Source: a phage. From it: a stretch of DNA of 64,000 bases. The position numbers and the translations under genes were made by a program. A model generated the notes under the pieces. That model made no database searches. It saw only the letters and a list, made by a program, of their open reading frames with translations, and was not told where the DNA came from. The stretch is taken from NCBI GenBank assembly GCA_033759635.1, contig GCA_033759635.1_4528.1, one strand, 5' to 3'. Every line of letters starts with the position of its first letter. Position 1 is the first letter of the stretch. Below, one piece after another: positions 1 to 10,963 of this stretch.

Positions 1-317
1 TTTATTTCAAATGTTTCAAACTCTTCGGTGTATCTCCAATCAGACTGCTCAAATCCCTCCGCTGCTGTAGCCACACGCATCATATATGTTGTTAATGAAT
101 TTAAACCAGACTCAAAGAAATTGTTATCAGCGGTATATCCTAAATTAGTCCATCTATAGCTATTACGGGGAATTGCTTCCCCATTAGCTGTTTTGGTCTC
201 AGCTATTTCCACAAAATAGTAGAAATTAGCGCCAACCTCATCCCAGCGAATTTGAACTTGGTTTGCGGACAATTTAGATAATCTGAGACTCGTGACTGCT
301 GGCGCTTTTACTGTCAT
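1..317 (-). CDS. 7: baseplate wedge protein gp7, N-terminal fragment (gene runs off the left edge)
   Basis: Minus-strand reading frame open to the window edge; ATG at 315-317 overlaps the gp6 stop (ATGA); hand translation begins MTVKAPAVTSLRLSKLSANQVQIRWD; lies downstream of gene 6 as in T4. Confidence 0.6.
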   Translation of the reverse strand, partial: MTVKAPAVTSLRLSKLSANQVQIRWDEVGANFYYFVEIAETKTANGEAIPRNSYRWTNLGYTADNNFFESGLNSLTTYMMRVATAAEGFEQSDWRYTEEFETFEI

Positions 318-2284
318 TGTGAAATAGGCTCCAAATCTATGGTTAAATATTGTGGACGTAAGTCATTTTCAAATACAATTAATGACCCGTCTTTAGTAAA
401 GATAACATCATCAGCTGGGTCTGAATAGAGTTCAATAGTTTGAACTTCAAATCTATCGGAAGTTAAATCAATTTTAGCTATATTCCAATAAATTGAATCA
501 GCCGGATAATTTACTTCACCTATAGAGTAATATTTGTTTCTTCCGTCCGTAACATGAAGTTTATTAAAATCGTCACCAGTATATGGTTGAATATAAGCAT
601 TTTCTATAACGTCGCCATCTGCAAACGGGCCAATAATAACTTGTCCAATGCCACGGTCATTTCTATCTGAACCTACAATGCGAACGTCGTATTTAATAGT
701 AGCTTCCGTTTCAGGGTCAACGCGTAAACTATCAAATGAAAACACGTTAGATTCTAATGTTCTATCTTTAATCTGGTTATTGTATTTAATACCTGTTTCA
801 GGTGTTTTGTAGAAGTTCTGTACCTCGCGAACCATTTGAATAGTCGCAGACGAACCAATGATAGAAATATCTGCGTCATCGACATACGTTAGCATTTTAG
901 ATTTTGCGAATGACGAGTTAAAAATTTCCACGTCTTCAATATAATACCGGTCGATTTTATTAATAATTTGGCCTTCTAACCATTGTTCAGATTCCTGTAA
1001 TTTGTTCAATGCATACGTAACGCGAATATTCATTTTAATAAACAAATAATCAGGAGAAATAACAACAGGAGTTATCGTCCCTAAGTTATACTCATTAAGA
1101 TAATTTTTAATATCGTCTCGTTGGACGGAAGTCAAATATAACCCAGACTTAGGTTTAGCAGCAATAAATGCGTACCCAGGCTTAGATGAATCCGTAAATG
1201 TCTGAACCGCTTGAATAATAGAACCAAATCGTTCAGAGACGAATGTGTCGTAATCTGTCGCAGTCACACATCGTTGTTGAGTTTCGCGTTTAATTGTACC
1301 TAATTCACGGATACGTTCAATATCTTCAGGGTCGCCACCGCCATCCGCACCAACGAAGTCAGGGTTATTACTTGGGTTTTCATTAATTCCAATAACTGTG
1401 ATATTAGCTAATGTATCAGCATAAGAGAATCCTACTGCACCATTTGCTTCAGCACCATTAGTAGAAATATATTCAATTACGATTTTAGAACCCTGGACAG
1501 GTTTAAGGCCGCCAACGTAGTTAGATGTTAAAGCACCTTCTGATGTGTTAATAGAGATTTCACCTTCACCAAAATAAAATTCAGTGTTCCCGTCAACAGT
1601 TTCTCGCATATAATAAATGGTTGAAGTAGAACCAGCATGAACCATCGATTTGCGAGTCCAGTTAATCCATTCTGCTCCGTCAACATACAATTTAACCAAA
1701 TTACGGTCAATGTTCTTATCACGAATAATGATAGGTTTTAATTTATCAAATGTTAATTCAGTACGAACAATACGTCCCTGAGCTAACCTAAGACGTGGGA
1801 AATATTGATTATTTTTGTCTTTAACTACAATGACGTCTTCTGTGGAAACAAAGTTATATGGATTTACAGAAGTACCTTTAGCATACGCCAGGAAACGAGT
1901 ACCACGTGGAATAGTGATATAGTTTCTATTTAATGCATCCGTACATGTGAGCATAATTTCTGTTTGTGCTGCCGATTTAGATGAAGGCAGGTATCCGTTA
2001 TCTTGAGCCGCTTGTACAACAGAGCTACGCAAGTTTGCAGTGCGCATAAAGCTTTCATACACCGCACTATTACTGAACTGTTGGATATAAAGAGTATTAT
2101 ATGCTAAAAGGTCGCACAATACGTTTAAACGCGAACCTTCAAAATCATAATCAAGAAATTCATTCTGCCCATTAAGCCATTCGATAATGTTCTGTTTGAT
2201 TTCGGCAAATGTGCCCCCGATAAAAATCTCGGGAATAGCATTCGCTGTTCGGGTTAATTGATAATTTACAGGAGTGTTTGCCAT
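314..2284 (-). CDS. 6: baseplate wedge protein gp6
   Basis: ORF 314..2341; start moved to internal Met (MANTPVNYQLTRT...), giving 656 aa, T4 gp6-like size and N-terminus; synteny 53-5-5.4-6-7. Confidence 0.8.
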   Translation of the reverse strand: MANTPVNYQLTRTANAIPEIFIGGTFAEIKQNIIEWLNGQNEFLDYDFEGSRLNVLCDLLAYNTLYIQQFSNSAVYESFMRTANLRSSVVQAAQDNGYLPSSKSAAQTEIMLTCTDALNRNYITIPRGTRFLAYAKGTSVNPYNFVSTEDVIVVKDKNNQYFPRLRLAQGRIVRTELTFDKLKPIIIRDKNIDRNLVKLYVDGAEWINWTRKSMVHAGSTSTIYYMRETVDGNTEFYFGEGEISINTSEGALTSNYVGGLKPVQGSKIVIEYISTNGAEANGAVGFSYADTLANITVIGINENPSNNPDFVGADGGGDPEDIERIRELGTIKRETQQRCVTATDYDTFVSERFGSIIQAVQTFTDSSKPGYAFIAAKPKSGLYLTSVQRDDIKNYLNEYNLGTITPVVISPDYLFIKMNIRVTYALNKLQESEQWLEGQIINKIDRYYIEDVEIFNSSFAKSKMLTYVDDADISIIGSSATIQMVREVQNFYKTPETGIKYNNQIKDRTLESNVFSFDSLRVDPETEATIKYDVRIVGSDRNDRGIGQVIIGPFADGDVIENAYIQPYTGDDFNKLHVTDGRNKYYSIGEVNYPADSIYWNIAKIDLTSDRFEVQTIELYSDPADDVIFTKDGSLIVFENDLRPQYLTIDLEPISQ

Positions 2285-2292
2285 TTTAATTC

Positions 2293-2586
2293 CTATTTTA
2301 TAAAGACTTTTGACGAGGCCTGAGAAACAGTATCCCCGCATGAAATTGGGTCAGCCATTTGAACGGCCTTTTTACCGGTGACGTATACTTTAGATGTACG
2401 AGGTTCAGTAACACCTCCATGAGTCTCGTATGGTTTTTTAATTTCTGTATGAGGTGTTATTTGGTCTCCTGCTACAAGAACAGGAATACCGCCGGTGAAT
2501 ACTTTAGATTGAGAAGCATTAATTACTGTAGGAGGCCATGCTTCATGGCCTGTTGTAACGCACTGGTCGTAACTTAATCCAGACAT
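2293..2586 (-). CDS. 5.4: PAAR-repeat baseplate spike tip protein gp5.4
   Basis: ORF 2293..2640 trimmed to internal Met (MSGLSYDQC...), 97 aa; small Gly/Cys/His-rich protein directly downstream of gene 5 as in T4. Confidence 0.65.
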   Translation of the reverse strand: MSGLSYDQCVTTGHEAWPPTVINASQSKVFTGGIPVLVAGDQITPHTEIKKPYETHGGVTEPRTSKVYVTGKKAVQMADPISCGDTVSQASSKVFIK

Positions 2587-2588
2587 TT

Positions 2589-3104
2589 TTATGGCCTCGC
2601 ATAAACGTAGTTTCGTAATTGTTGAGCCCATTTGCTCCAATTTCCTACTATAGTTTTTGTATAAACCTTAGTAAGAGTTTTTTGTACCGGAGCTGGCGGA
2701 GGTTCTGTACTAGAGTCACTTCTTGAGCCGCCTGATGAACCTTCTTCTTGGTAGTTATAAATCATTTCAACCGTATAACTAAACACTTTACGAAGATTCT
2801 GAGGAGCTCTCCACAAATATAACTGTGCGGATTCATCTTTCGGTAAATCATCCCATGAAGATGCAGTTTTAAAATCATCATTTAATCGATATTTCAATGC
2901 ATCAGAAGAAAAGCTAAACACACTTTCATATGTTCCATATAAACGATTACCATCTACCGTAATGCCTTGTGTCGGTTCATAATCTGTTATATTTATTGAC
3001 ACTAAAGTTTCGGACGTTTCTAGCTGAGGAGTAAAAAGGACGTCAATAGACGCCCCTTCTATGTCTTCTCCTAAGTCGGTATTTAAAGGAAGTATTTGTG
3101 CCAT
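2589..3104 (-). CDS. hypothetical protein in gene 5.1 position
   Basis: 171-aa ORF between gene 5 and 5.4; no recognisable motif. Confidence 0.5.
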   Translation of the reverse strand: MAQILPLNTDLGEDIEGASIDVLFTPQLETSETLVSINITDYEPTQGITVDGNRLYGTYESVFSFSSDALKYRLNDDFKTASSWDDLPKDESAQLYLWRAPQNLRKVFSYTVEMIYNYQEEGSSGGSRSDSSTEPPPAPVQKTLTKVYTKTIVGNWSKWAQQLRNYVYARP

Positions 3105-3107
3105 ATA

Positions 3108-4841
3108 TTACCCAATATCAATACGAGATCCGTCAACAGTATATTGTCCTGAAGCTATTGAGCTCATTGTAGTCATTGTCTCAGACCAATTGCCAGCAAC
3201 AGTCATATCAACATTACCATTGACAGTCCATTTAACATTACCATTGACAGTATAGTCATGATTCCCTTCAACTTGAGTCTTAGCATCACCTTTAACAAGA
3301 ATATCTGCATTTCCGTCAACAACTATTTTGATATTGCCCTTAACGTAAAGAGTTCCATCGCCTTCAACAGTTTTAGTTTGGTTACCACGAATAAAGATTG
3401 TGTCGCTGCCATCTATTTGATGGAGGCGGTCTGCCATGTTATAATATATTTCATTAGCACCAACGTTAACAAGTTTATCACCAGAAATCAAGAAGTTCCC
3501 ATCGCCATTAGTGATGTCAAAAAGGTCTTCTACAGTTTTACGAGTACGACGACCGGATGGAGAAACTTCCTCATATGACCCTGTCGGATGAACTAAGCGA
3601 TAACGTTCATTACCTGGAGTGTCGTCAAACTCTTGGATATGTCCGCTTTCTGTTTCCATAGCATGAACATACGGGTATTCACCACGATAACTTGATTCCG
3701 GTTCTTTAAAAAGGATACGTGAATCTAATGGAACAGGAGGACTAGCCGGATCTTCTGGATCTGTATTTCTAGTAACTAAATCGGCACCAACACCAGGCGA
3801 AGGTGGTGTTTTAACAGGAACACCGTATGATTCCATGTTACCAGTTAAAATAATTGTTGTTACGCGTGAAGCACGTCCTTTAGTCTGTTGGAACCATAAC
3901 GAATCACGCCCAGATTTGTATGCAGTTTTCCAATCGCCTGCGGCCATTGCTTTAAGCATAGTATTGAATTTTGCTACACCGCCAACACCCATTTGGAAGC
4001 ACATGTTTTCTAATGCCATTTGGCGAGACCTATTCATTTTGGCATAAACAGGACCTACTTTAGAATTAGAACGAATATCTTTCTGCATCTTAGCAAGGTC
4101 TTTCTCAAATAACGCTGTTGCTTCTTCTAATGTAATAGTCCCGGGATTTCCTGTTACTTCACGCCCTACTTGATCAGATAACAATTTATTAATTCGAGTC
4201 ATGTCTCGGGTCTTTTCCATTACGATAAGGTGTCCAATACCTACTGTAGGATACCCTAGATGGTCCCAATACACTTTATCACGAAGTCCTTCGTCACGAC
4301 GTAACATTTCTGTTATTGTAAAATTAGGGTCATCATCTTCTGGAATATTTGCTAAATCTGTATCATCCGGGTTTATACCATAATCCAAGTTGTTATCTTG
4401 AATTACGTTAGAGTTTGAATAATAACCAGCTTCACCACCTTGGTTTAATACGTTCGTATCATTACCTAAACGTCGCGGATATTGGCCAGTCGGGTCTGAA
4501 AAACCTTCAAGTCTATTAGGCTTTTCACGTACGATTCCGCCGTATGTACCAAGTACAATCCCGTTTGTTTTCCATTTGTCTAAGAAATGACCGTATACTC
4601 GAGTTCCTTCAACAGGACCTGTAACAGAACCACCAATACCTGAAATTGATGCAGACGTAATAGGTTGAATAACAGTCATCCACGGAAGTTTTTCTGTAGG
4701 AATACCTTGTACATCACCTTGTGCTCTCTGTGCTGGATGAAGACCAACGACTCGAACTCGAACTCGCCCTTGTTTTAATGGGTCCATTCTGTCCTCAACA
4801 ACACCCACGAACCAATTAAGGCTACTGCTAATCATTTCCAT
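3108..4841 (-). CDS. 5: baseplate central spike / tail lysozyme gp5
   Basis: 577 aa; central T4-lysozyme-like domain (GYPTVGIGHL...) and C-terminal repeated VxGxxxV beta-helix repeats (VKGDAKTQVEGNHDYTVNGNVKWTVNGNV); T4 gp5 is about 575 aa. Confidence 0.9.
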   Translation of the reverse strand: MEMISSSLNWFVGVVEDRMDPLKQGRVRVRVVGLHPAQRAQGDVQGIPTEKLPWMTVIQPITSASISGIGGSVTGPVEGTRVYGHFLDKWKTNGIVLGTYGGIVREKPNRLEGFSDPTGQYPRRLGNDTNVLNQGGEAGYYSNSNVIQDNNLDYGINPDDTDLANIPEDDDPNFTITEMLRRDEGLRDKVYWDHLGYPTVGIGHLIVMEKTRDMTRINKLLSDQVGREVTGNPGTITLEEATALFEKDLAKMQKDIRSNSKVGPVYAKMNRSRQMALENMCFQMGVGGVAKFNTMLKAMAAGDWKTAYKSGRDSLWFQQTKGRASRVTTIILTGNMESYGVPVKTPPSPGVGADLVTRNTDPEDPASPPVPLDSRILFKEPESSYRGEYPYVHAMETESGHIQEFDDTPGNERYRLVHPTGSYEEVSPSGRRTRKTVEDLFDITNGDGNFLISGDKLVNVGANEIYYNMADRLHQIDGSDTIFIRGNQTKTVEGDGTLYVKGNIKIVVDGNADILVKGDAKTQVEGNHDYTVNGNVKWTVNGNVDMTVAGNWSETMTTMSSIASGQYTVDGSRIDIG

Positions 4842-5416
4842 TATGCAATCTCCATCTCACGAATCAAATCAGTAATAAACGAGTTTATATCTTCTTTTGC
4901 AACAATTTTTATTTTACGAAGTTTTTCATTATCTAATATTGCCGCTTCATAAGTATCTACTGCAGCTAAAGGTCCTTTATATTGCGGATACTTACGAGCT
5001 TCATCACCTTTATCATACCACACTAAAGGCTCGTCTGGATATGAAACTAAATTGTAAAATTTCTCACGGTTATCGTTAATATGGTAAAGAATTTGGTCTC
5101 CGCCAGCATTTGCATATTTCTGAATAGACGCTTGATACGCTGCTTCCTGAGATGTAATCCAACCATAATACGGATCATAGTTATCATTACACATCAAAAG
5201 GACCCAGTATAATTGAGGGTTGCCATAAATTATGTTTGCTAGTTCTTCAGGACGTGGAGAGCCTTTAATATAATAAGAACGTAATCTATAATTGGCAGCA
5301 ACACGTTTAAAGTACTCTTTATAGTTACGAAATATGTCTGTCATAGGAATAGTAGGTGCATTCTTATTAATGGTTTTAGCACTATACCCTATTGGGTCGA
5401 AGAATGTAAATAACAA
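4841..5416 (-). CDS. 53: baseplate wedge protein gp53
   Basis: 191-aa ORF immediately upstream of gene 5 on the same strand; size and position match T4 gp53. Confidence 0.65.
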   Translation of the reverse strand: MLFTFFDPIGYSAKTINKNAPTIPMTDIFRNYKEYFKRVAANYRLRSYYIKGSPRPEELANIIYGNPQLYWVLLMCNDNYDPYYGWITSQEAAYQASIQKYANAGGDQILYHINDNREKFYNLVSYPDEPLVWYDKGDEARKYPQYKGPLAAVDTYEAAILDNEKLRKIKIVAKEDINSFITDLIREMEIA

Positions 5417-5443
5417 GATAGTCTCCTTCCAATATGAAATTGG

Positions 5444-5451
5444 TATAAATA
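5444..5451 (+). promoter_or_regulatory. T4-type late promoter (TATAAATA) for genes 4/2
   Basis: Exact TATAAATA about 27 nt upstream of the gene 4 ATG, in the divergent intergenic region. Confidence 0.5.
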
Positions 5452-5458
5452 ATAATAC

Positions 5459-5466
5459 TATTTATA
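5459..5466 (-). promoter_or_regulatory. T4-type late promoter (TATAAATA on minus strand) for genes 53-5-6-7
   Basis: tatttata on the plus strand is TATAAATA on the minus strand, upstream of gene 53. Confidence 0.45.
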
Positions 5467-5477
5467 AGGAGGACAAC

Positions 5478-5927
5478 ATGGCCTACTCTGGTAAATGGGT
5501 CCCGAAAAATTTAAAAAAATACCGTGGAGACCATACCAAAATAACGTATCGTTCAAACTGGGAAAAATTCTTTTTCGAATGGTTGGATAAAAATCCGGAA
5601 ATTATTGCATGGGGTAGTGAAACAGCCGTAATTCCATATTTTTGTAATGCTGAAGGTAAGAAACGTCGATACTATATGGACATATGGATGAAAGATGCAT
5701 CAGGTCAAGAGTTCTTTGTAGAAATAAAACCAAAGAAAGAAACTCAACCACCTATTAAGCCTGCAAATCTTACGACCGCAGCAAAGAAACGTTATATGAA
5801 TGAAATATACACCTGGTCTGTGAACTGCGACAAATGGAAAGCTGCTTCTGCTGTCGCAGAAAAGAGAAATATAAAATTTCGAGTTCTAACCGAAGACGGA
5901 CTTAGGAAACTCGGATACAAGGGGTAA
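5478..5927 (+). CDS. 4: head completion protein gp4
   Basis: ORF 5334..5927 trimmed to the Met preceded by AAGGAGG ([17 protein letters not shown]...), 149 aa; T4 gp4-like size and N-terminus. Confidence 0.75.
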   Translation: MAYSGKWVPKNLKKYRGDHTKITYRSNWEKFFFEWLDKNPEIIAWGSETAVIPYFCNAEGKKRRYYMDIWMKDASGQEFFVEIKPKKETQPPIKPANLTTAAKKRYMNEIYTWSVNCDKWKAASAVAEKRNIKFRVLTEDGLRKLGYKG

Positions 5928-5929
5928 TT

Positions 5930-6751
5930 ATGAGCATATTCCAAATTATATCTGAAGGCGTACAAGCCCCTAAGATTGCTCAGTCTATGAATGAAAGAAA
6001 ATGGATTGAGATAGGATTAGAATACAAGAAAGCTAAAGAGAAAGGAATCACTGCAAAAGCATTTGCAGAATCAAAAGGAATAAAATACTCGTCGTTTACA
6101 TCTGCAATGTCTAGATATGCATCATCTATTAAGACTGCACAGAAAATTGAAACGCTTGAATCTAAACCTAAAAATAAACTCAATAAGCAAGAACGTCAAC
6201 TTCTGATGATAAACTCGTTTCGCAGTTCAATACGAGAAAAGATTAGAAATGAAGGCGCAGCAGTAAACAACAAATCATCTAAGTGGTTTGTTGAAACAAT
6301 TAAGAAAAGTGTAAAAGGTCATAAAGTAGTCAAGCCTACGCCAGGCAAAATTTATACTTACGTGTATGATGCTAAACATAAAGATACTCTGCCGTATTGG
6401 GACAGATATCCTTTGATTATTTATTTAGGATTAGGTAAACATAATTTGATGTACGGGTTAAACTTGCACTATATCCCACCTAAAGCACGTCAACAGTTTC
6501 TTGAAGAATTGCTGAAGCAATACGCTAGCACAACTACTATTACTAATAACACAAAGTTGAAGATAGACTGGAGCAAGGTGAAAGGATTTCAAGGTGCTGA
6601 CAAAATGATTAAAGCATACCTGCCAGGCCACATTAGAGGAACAATAACAGAAATCGCTCCTAAAGACTGGGCTAACATAATCATGTTACCTACTCAGCAA
6701 TTTATGTCAAAAGGAAAACGTTTCTCTGCGAATACTGTTTGGAAATCTTAA
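5930..6751 (+). CDS. 2: DNA end protector protein gp2
   Basis: 273 aa (T4 gp2 is 274 aa); basic protein; synteny 4-2-3-1. Confidence 0.7.
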   Translation: MSIFQIISEGVQAPKIAQSMNERKWIEIGLEYKKAKEKGITAKAFAESKGIKYSSFTSAMSRYASSIKTAQKIETLESKPKNKLNKQERQLLMINSFRSSIREKIRNEGAAVNNKSSKWFVETIKKSVKGHKVVKPTPGKIYTYVYDAKHKDTLPYWDRYPLIIYLGLGKHNLMYGLNLHYIPPKARQQFLEELLKQYASTTTITNNTKLKIDWSKVKGFQGADKMIKAYLPGHIRGTITEIAPKDWANIIMLPTQQFMSKGKRFSANTVWKS

Positions 6752-6853
6752 TTCTATTCTCTTCCGTTCTTCTGATATTCTGTTGAACCGGATTAATGGA
6801 AGAGACCTAAAACCATTATACTGTATTTTTATTAAAGCGTTTTTGAGGTGCTT

Positions 6854-7438
6854 ATGACTCGTCCAACGAGACAGATTTTTAACCAAACAAATATAACAAA
6901 CTTTGTTGTGGATATCCCAGATAGTACACGAACTTCAGGTTTTGTGCTCAATGCCCAAACGGCACCATTGCCAGGTGTGAGAATTCCTGTTGTTGAAACT
7001 GTGACAGGCACAATGGGGCTAGGGCGTGCAATGCGTGCAGGCACAACATTTGAATATGACCCTTTTATTGTACGATTTATAGTTGATGAAGACATGACGT
7101 CCTGGATGAACATGTATAAATGGATGCTCAGCACTAATAACTATATAACCGGACATAATACGGCCCATGCTGATGGTCCTGAGTTTGTTACTTTGCACAT
7201 TTTAAACAACAATAAGACTGAAGTCGTTTTGACGGCAAATTTCTATAAACCATGGATTTCCGATTTGAGCGAAATTGAATTTAGTTACACTGAAGATTCT
7301 GATCCTGCCGTTACGTGCGTAGCAACTATTCATTACGCGTATATGACGATAGAAAAAGACGGTGAAGTCATTGTATCTCAACAACCACGTCAGGCTGCCG
7401 AATCTAAATCCATTTCTAGACACCCTTCCTTGCGTTAA
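6854..7438 (+). CDS. 3: tail completion and sheath stabiliser protein gp3
   Basis: ORF 6848..7438 with ATG at 6854 after GAGGTG (MTRPTRQIF...); synteny. Confidence 0.65.
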   Translation: MTRPTRQIFNQTNITNFVVDIPDSTRTSGFVLNAQTAPLPGVRIPVVETVTGTMGLGRAMRAGTTFEYDPFIVRFIVDEDMTSWMNMYKWMLSTNNYITGHNTAHADGPEFVTLHILNNNKTEVVLTANFYKPWISDLSEIEFSYTEDSDPAVTCVATIHYAYMTIEKDGEVIVSQQPRQAAESKSISRHPSLR

Positions 7439-7492
7439 TCGCTTCTAGCTCCGTATGTTATAATCACTCATAAATTATATGAGGAAAAACCT

Positions 7493-8227
7493 ATGGAGCT
7501 AATCTTTTTAAGTGGCATCAAACGTAGTGGTAAAGACACTACTGCTGATTACATCAATTCAAACTTTAAATCCGTAAAATACCAATTAGCATATCCAATT
7601 AAAGACGCTCTAGCAATAGCCTGGGGGCGTAGACATGCCGAAAACCCTGATGTATTCACAGAGTTGAAATACGAATACTTTGAAGGCATTGGATACGACC
7701 GTGAAACACCATTAAATCTCAATAAGTTGGATGTTATTGAATTATTGGAAGAAGCGCTAATTTATTTACAAAGTCAATATTTACCAATTAATAATGTTAA
7801 AGTATTATCATCGTTAGAAGGTGGATACTCATATCTAGATATTAAACCGTACGAAGCCCTGCGTGAAGCTATAAATAATATCAACGACACATGGTCGATC
7901 CGCCGTCTTATGCAAGCCCTCGGTACGGATGTTGTCGTTAATTTATTTGACCGTATGTATTGGGTTAAGCTTTTTGCATTAAACTATATGGATTATATTG
8001 GAAGTGATTTCGATTACTATGTTGTGACCGATACACGCCAAGTCCATGAAATGGAAACCGCTAGAGCGATGGGTGCTACAGTTATTCATGTGGTTCGCTC
8101 TGGTACGGAATCCACCGATAAACATATTACAGAAGCTGGGTTGCCTATTGAAGAAGGCGACTTAGTTATTACAAACGACGGCTCGTTAGAAGAGCTTTAT
8201 TCTAAAATTGAAAAAATCTTAAGGTAA
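7493..8227 (+). CDS. 1: deoxynucleoside monophosphate kinase gp1
   Basis: 244 aa beginning MELIFLSGIKRSGKDTTADY (gp1-type phosphate-binding loop); T4 gp1 is 241 aa. Confidence 0.85.
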   Translation: MELIFLSGIKRSGKDTTADYINSNFKSVKYQLAYPIKDALAIAWGRRHAENPDVFTELKYEYFEGIGYDRETPLNLNKLDVIELLEEALIYLQSQYLPINNVKVLSSLEGGYSYLDIKPYEALREAINNINDTWSIRRLMQALGTDVVVNLFDRMYWVKLFALNYMDYIGSDFDYYVVTDTRQVHEMETARAMGATVIHVVRSGTESTDKHITEAGLPIEEGDLVITNDGSLEELYSKIEKILR

Positions 8228-8231
8228 TAAA

Positions 8232-8917
<686 letters not shown>

Positions 8918-8930
8918 TTTTCACAAAACA

Positions 8931-8965
8931 GTTTACATAAAGATGATGGTGTGTTACTATCATCC
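8931..8965 (+). promoter_or_regulatory. early promoter cassette with stem-loop (PeSL-type)
   Basis: GTTTAC (-35), 18-nt spacer, TGnTACTAT extended -10 flanked by inverted repeat gatgat/atcatc; upstream of 8995. Confidence 0.5.
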
Positions 8966-8994
8966 TATCAAATAAACAGCCTCAAGGAAATAAA

Positions 8995-9282
8995 ATGAAA
9001 ACCTATAAAGAATTTATATCACCTGTTGCTAACGTTTCTACTCTGACCGAAGCATCCCTTACTTCTGAAGTTATTAAAACAAATAAAGGACGTGAGGGTA
9101 AACCAATGATTAGTCTGGTTGACGGTGAAGAAGTAAAAGGTACTGTTTACTTAGGGGACGGATGGTCTGCTAAGAAAGATGGCGCTACTATTGTTATCTC
9201 TCCGGCTGAAGAGACTGCACTGTTTAAAGCTAAGCACATTTCTGTAGCTCAGCTTAAAATTATTGCAAAAACTCTTCTGTAA
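8995..9282 (+). CDS. internal-protein-like head protein with capsid targeting sequence
   Basis: N-terminus MKTYKEFIS resembles the T4 internal-protein targeting sequence MKTYQEFIAE; 95 aa; sits where T4 ipI lies. Confidence 0.6.
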   Translation: MKTYKEFISPVANVSTLTEASLTSEVIKTNKGREGKPMISLVDGEEVKGTVYLGDGWSAKKDGATIVISPAEETALFKAKHISVAQLKIIAKTLL

Positions 9283-9285
9283 GTA

Positions 9286-9323
9286 GTTTACATGCCGATA
9301 GGACTATGTTATAGTAGTCCTAT
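9286..9323 (+). promoter_or_regulatory. early promoter cassette with stem-loop (PeSL-type)
   Basis: GTTTAC then ATAGGACTA-tgTTATAGT-TAGTCCTAT: 9-bp inverted repeat bracketing an extended -10. Confidence 0.55.
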
Positions 9324-9353
9324 CAAAACAAAATGAGTAAATGGAGAAATAAA

Positions 9354-9539
9354 ATGAAACGCGCTGAACTGATTCGTAATGTTGCTGTAGTAATTGCTTC
9401 AATGGCTTTTAGCTTTTCGATGTTTGTAGGATTCATTTGTGGACTACTGACAACAACAGAAAATTCTATCTCATTGGTAGTAGCATTTCTAATCGGCTTA
9501 ATCGCTATCGTTATGGATAAAATTGCAAAAGGTGAGTAA
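9354..9539 (+). CDS. small membrane protein
   Basis: ORF 9333..9539; second ATG has a GGAG RBS; one long hydrophobic stretch. Confidence 0.5.
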   Translation: MKRAELIRNVAVVIASMAFSFSMFVGFICGLLTTTENSISLVVAFLIGLIAIVMDKIAKGE

Positions 9540-9902
9540 ATGAAATATCATGTATATGCAGATTTTGAAGCAAATCCTTCTAAAGACCCTGATTGTCTTT
9601 TGATACGCAGACCATTTGATTCAGCAGCTCAAGCATGGGCTTGGATTAAATCTAAATCGCCTGGTTATATGTTCTTTGAAGTAGTCGATGACAATGGTAC
9701 ACTGCATCCAGAACCTACAGAAACTATTAATTTCCTTCTGTTTGCTGGTTACGACTGTTATCCTCTTGGCGGTATTGACGATCTTGTTGCTACAGGAAAA
9801 ACTGTTGAAGCTCTTCGCGAAATTTATAAAAACGCGGAAGAAAATTTTGACTGGTATCATATTGTTGATGCTCATACCTTTGAAATGGTGGAACATTCAT
9901 GA
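9540..9902 (+). CDS. hypothetical protein
   Basis: 120-aa ORF, start overlaps previous stop; no motif recognised. Confidence 0.5.
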   Translation: MKYHVYADFEANPSKDPDCLLIRRPFDSAAQAWAWIKSKSPGYMFFEVVDDNGTLHPEPTETINFLLFAGYDCYPLGGIDDLVATGKTVEALREIYKNAEENFDWYHIVDAHTFEMVEHS

Positions 9903-10189
9903 TTCTTTATGCTAAAGTATCGTCCATTGAGAACGGATATGAAAGCGACCAACGTGCAGCTAAAGCACTAGTTGATGACTATGGTATTCTGACTAACTTT
10001 GAGGTTGAAAAGGTTTATATCGACCGTTCGTCTTCGCAAGTTAAATTACTCTGTGAAGACGATAAATTTAACACAGTTAACTTTGATTTCTTTATTGAAA
10101 CAGAAAAAGGCCCTCTTGAATATGATATTTTCAAGAATCCTTTGAAATTACGTTGCATTGAATATAATTACATTAATATGGTACGGTGA
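9899..10189 (+). CDS. hypothetical protein
   Basis: 96-aa ORF with ATGA overlap to the upstream gene. Confidence 0.5.
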   Translation: MILYAKVSSIENGYESDQRAAKALVDDYGILTNFEVEKVYIDRSSSQVKLLCEDDKFNTVNFDFFIETEKGPLEYDIFKNPLKLRCIEYNYINMVR

Positions 10190-10193
10190 GTAA

Positions 10194-10709
10194 ATGAATA
10201 TTTGTTTAGGCAGTACAATCCCTAAAGGTTACGTAATTGATGTCACTACTTCGGAAAATGACGGCGACAACTATAAAACCAAAACATTATTTGGTGTAGA
10301 AGAGCATGAGCTCCAACAGTTTAAATATCTCTTGAAGAAATTTAAGAGTCGTCATTCTAGCACTAAAGCTGAACGTTACTGTGGTAATACACCATTCAGT
10401 GATTGCTCGCTTATTATCTACGAATATCTGGTTGAAGGACTGTTCTCAGACCATCTTTATCCAGAATTCATTAAAAAGGTCTTTGATATTGAAGTTGACC
10501 TCGGTAATAAATCTGAAGAAGACGAATCACGTGTATTTGACCTGTTCCGTGAGAATGGATATTTAGTATCAGAAGGTCTCATTGATATTCTTGGCCATGC
10601 TTCCGAATATTATGATTATGATTTCTTGCGTGTAGTTGAATGTGTTGAATTTGCTTATATTGAAGAAGAAATCGTTTTGCCGACTGTTAAAATGATTGAT
10701 TTGCTTTAA
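10194..10709 (+). CDS. hypothetical protein
   Basis: 171-aa acidic ORF; no motif recognised. Confidence 0.5.
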   Translation: MNICLGSTIPKGYVIDVTTSENDGDNYKTKTLFGVEEHELQQFKYLLKKFKSRHSSTKAERYCGNTPFSDCSLIIYEYLVEGLFSDHLYPEFIKKVFDIEVDLGNKSEEDESRVFDLFRENGYLVSEGLIDILGHASEYYDYDFLRVVECVEFAYIEEEIVLPTVKMIDLL

Positions 10710-10788
10710 GAATTATGTGTTATTATTAATTCATACCCTCTATTACCAAAGGTGCTCTAAAGTGCCTTTCATAATAGAAAGTTATTTA

Positions 10789-10862
10789 GGCCCTGTAGCT
10801 CAACGGTTAGCAGCAGTCCCCTCATAAGGGAAAGGTTACCAGTTCGAATCTGGTCTGGGTCA
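10789..10862 (+). tRNA. tRNA with CAU anticodon (Met, or Ile if lysidine-modified)
   Basis: Hand-folded cloverleaf: acceptor GGCCCUG/CUGGGUC (one U-U mismatch), anticodon stem UCCC/GGGA with loop CUCAUAA, T-arm ACCAG-UUCGAAU-CUGGU; CCA not encoded. Confidence 0.65.
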
Positions 10863-10868
10863 TATATT

Positions 10869-10945
<77 letters not shown>

Positions 10946-10963
10946 ACTTTAAGTGAGGAAAAT

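Noticed and set aside
1528-1722. Short ORFs from the six-frame track lying antisense or out of frame inside large conserved genes (for example 1528..1722 in gene 6, 3835..4047 in gene 5, 46778..47266 in gene 46, 53619..54059 in gene 43).
   Set aside because: Fully embedded in strongly supported genes, no RBS, low-complexity or hydrophobic composition typical of non-coding frames.
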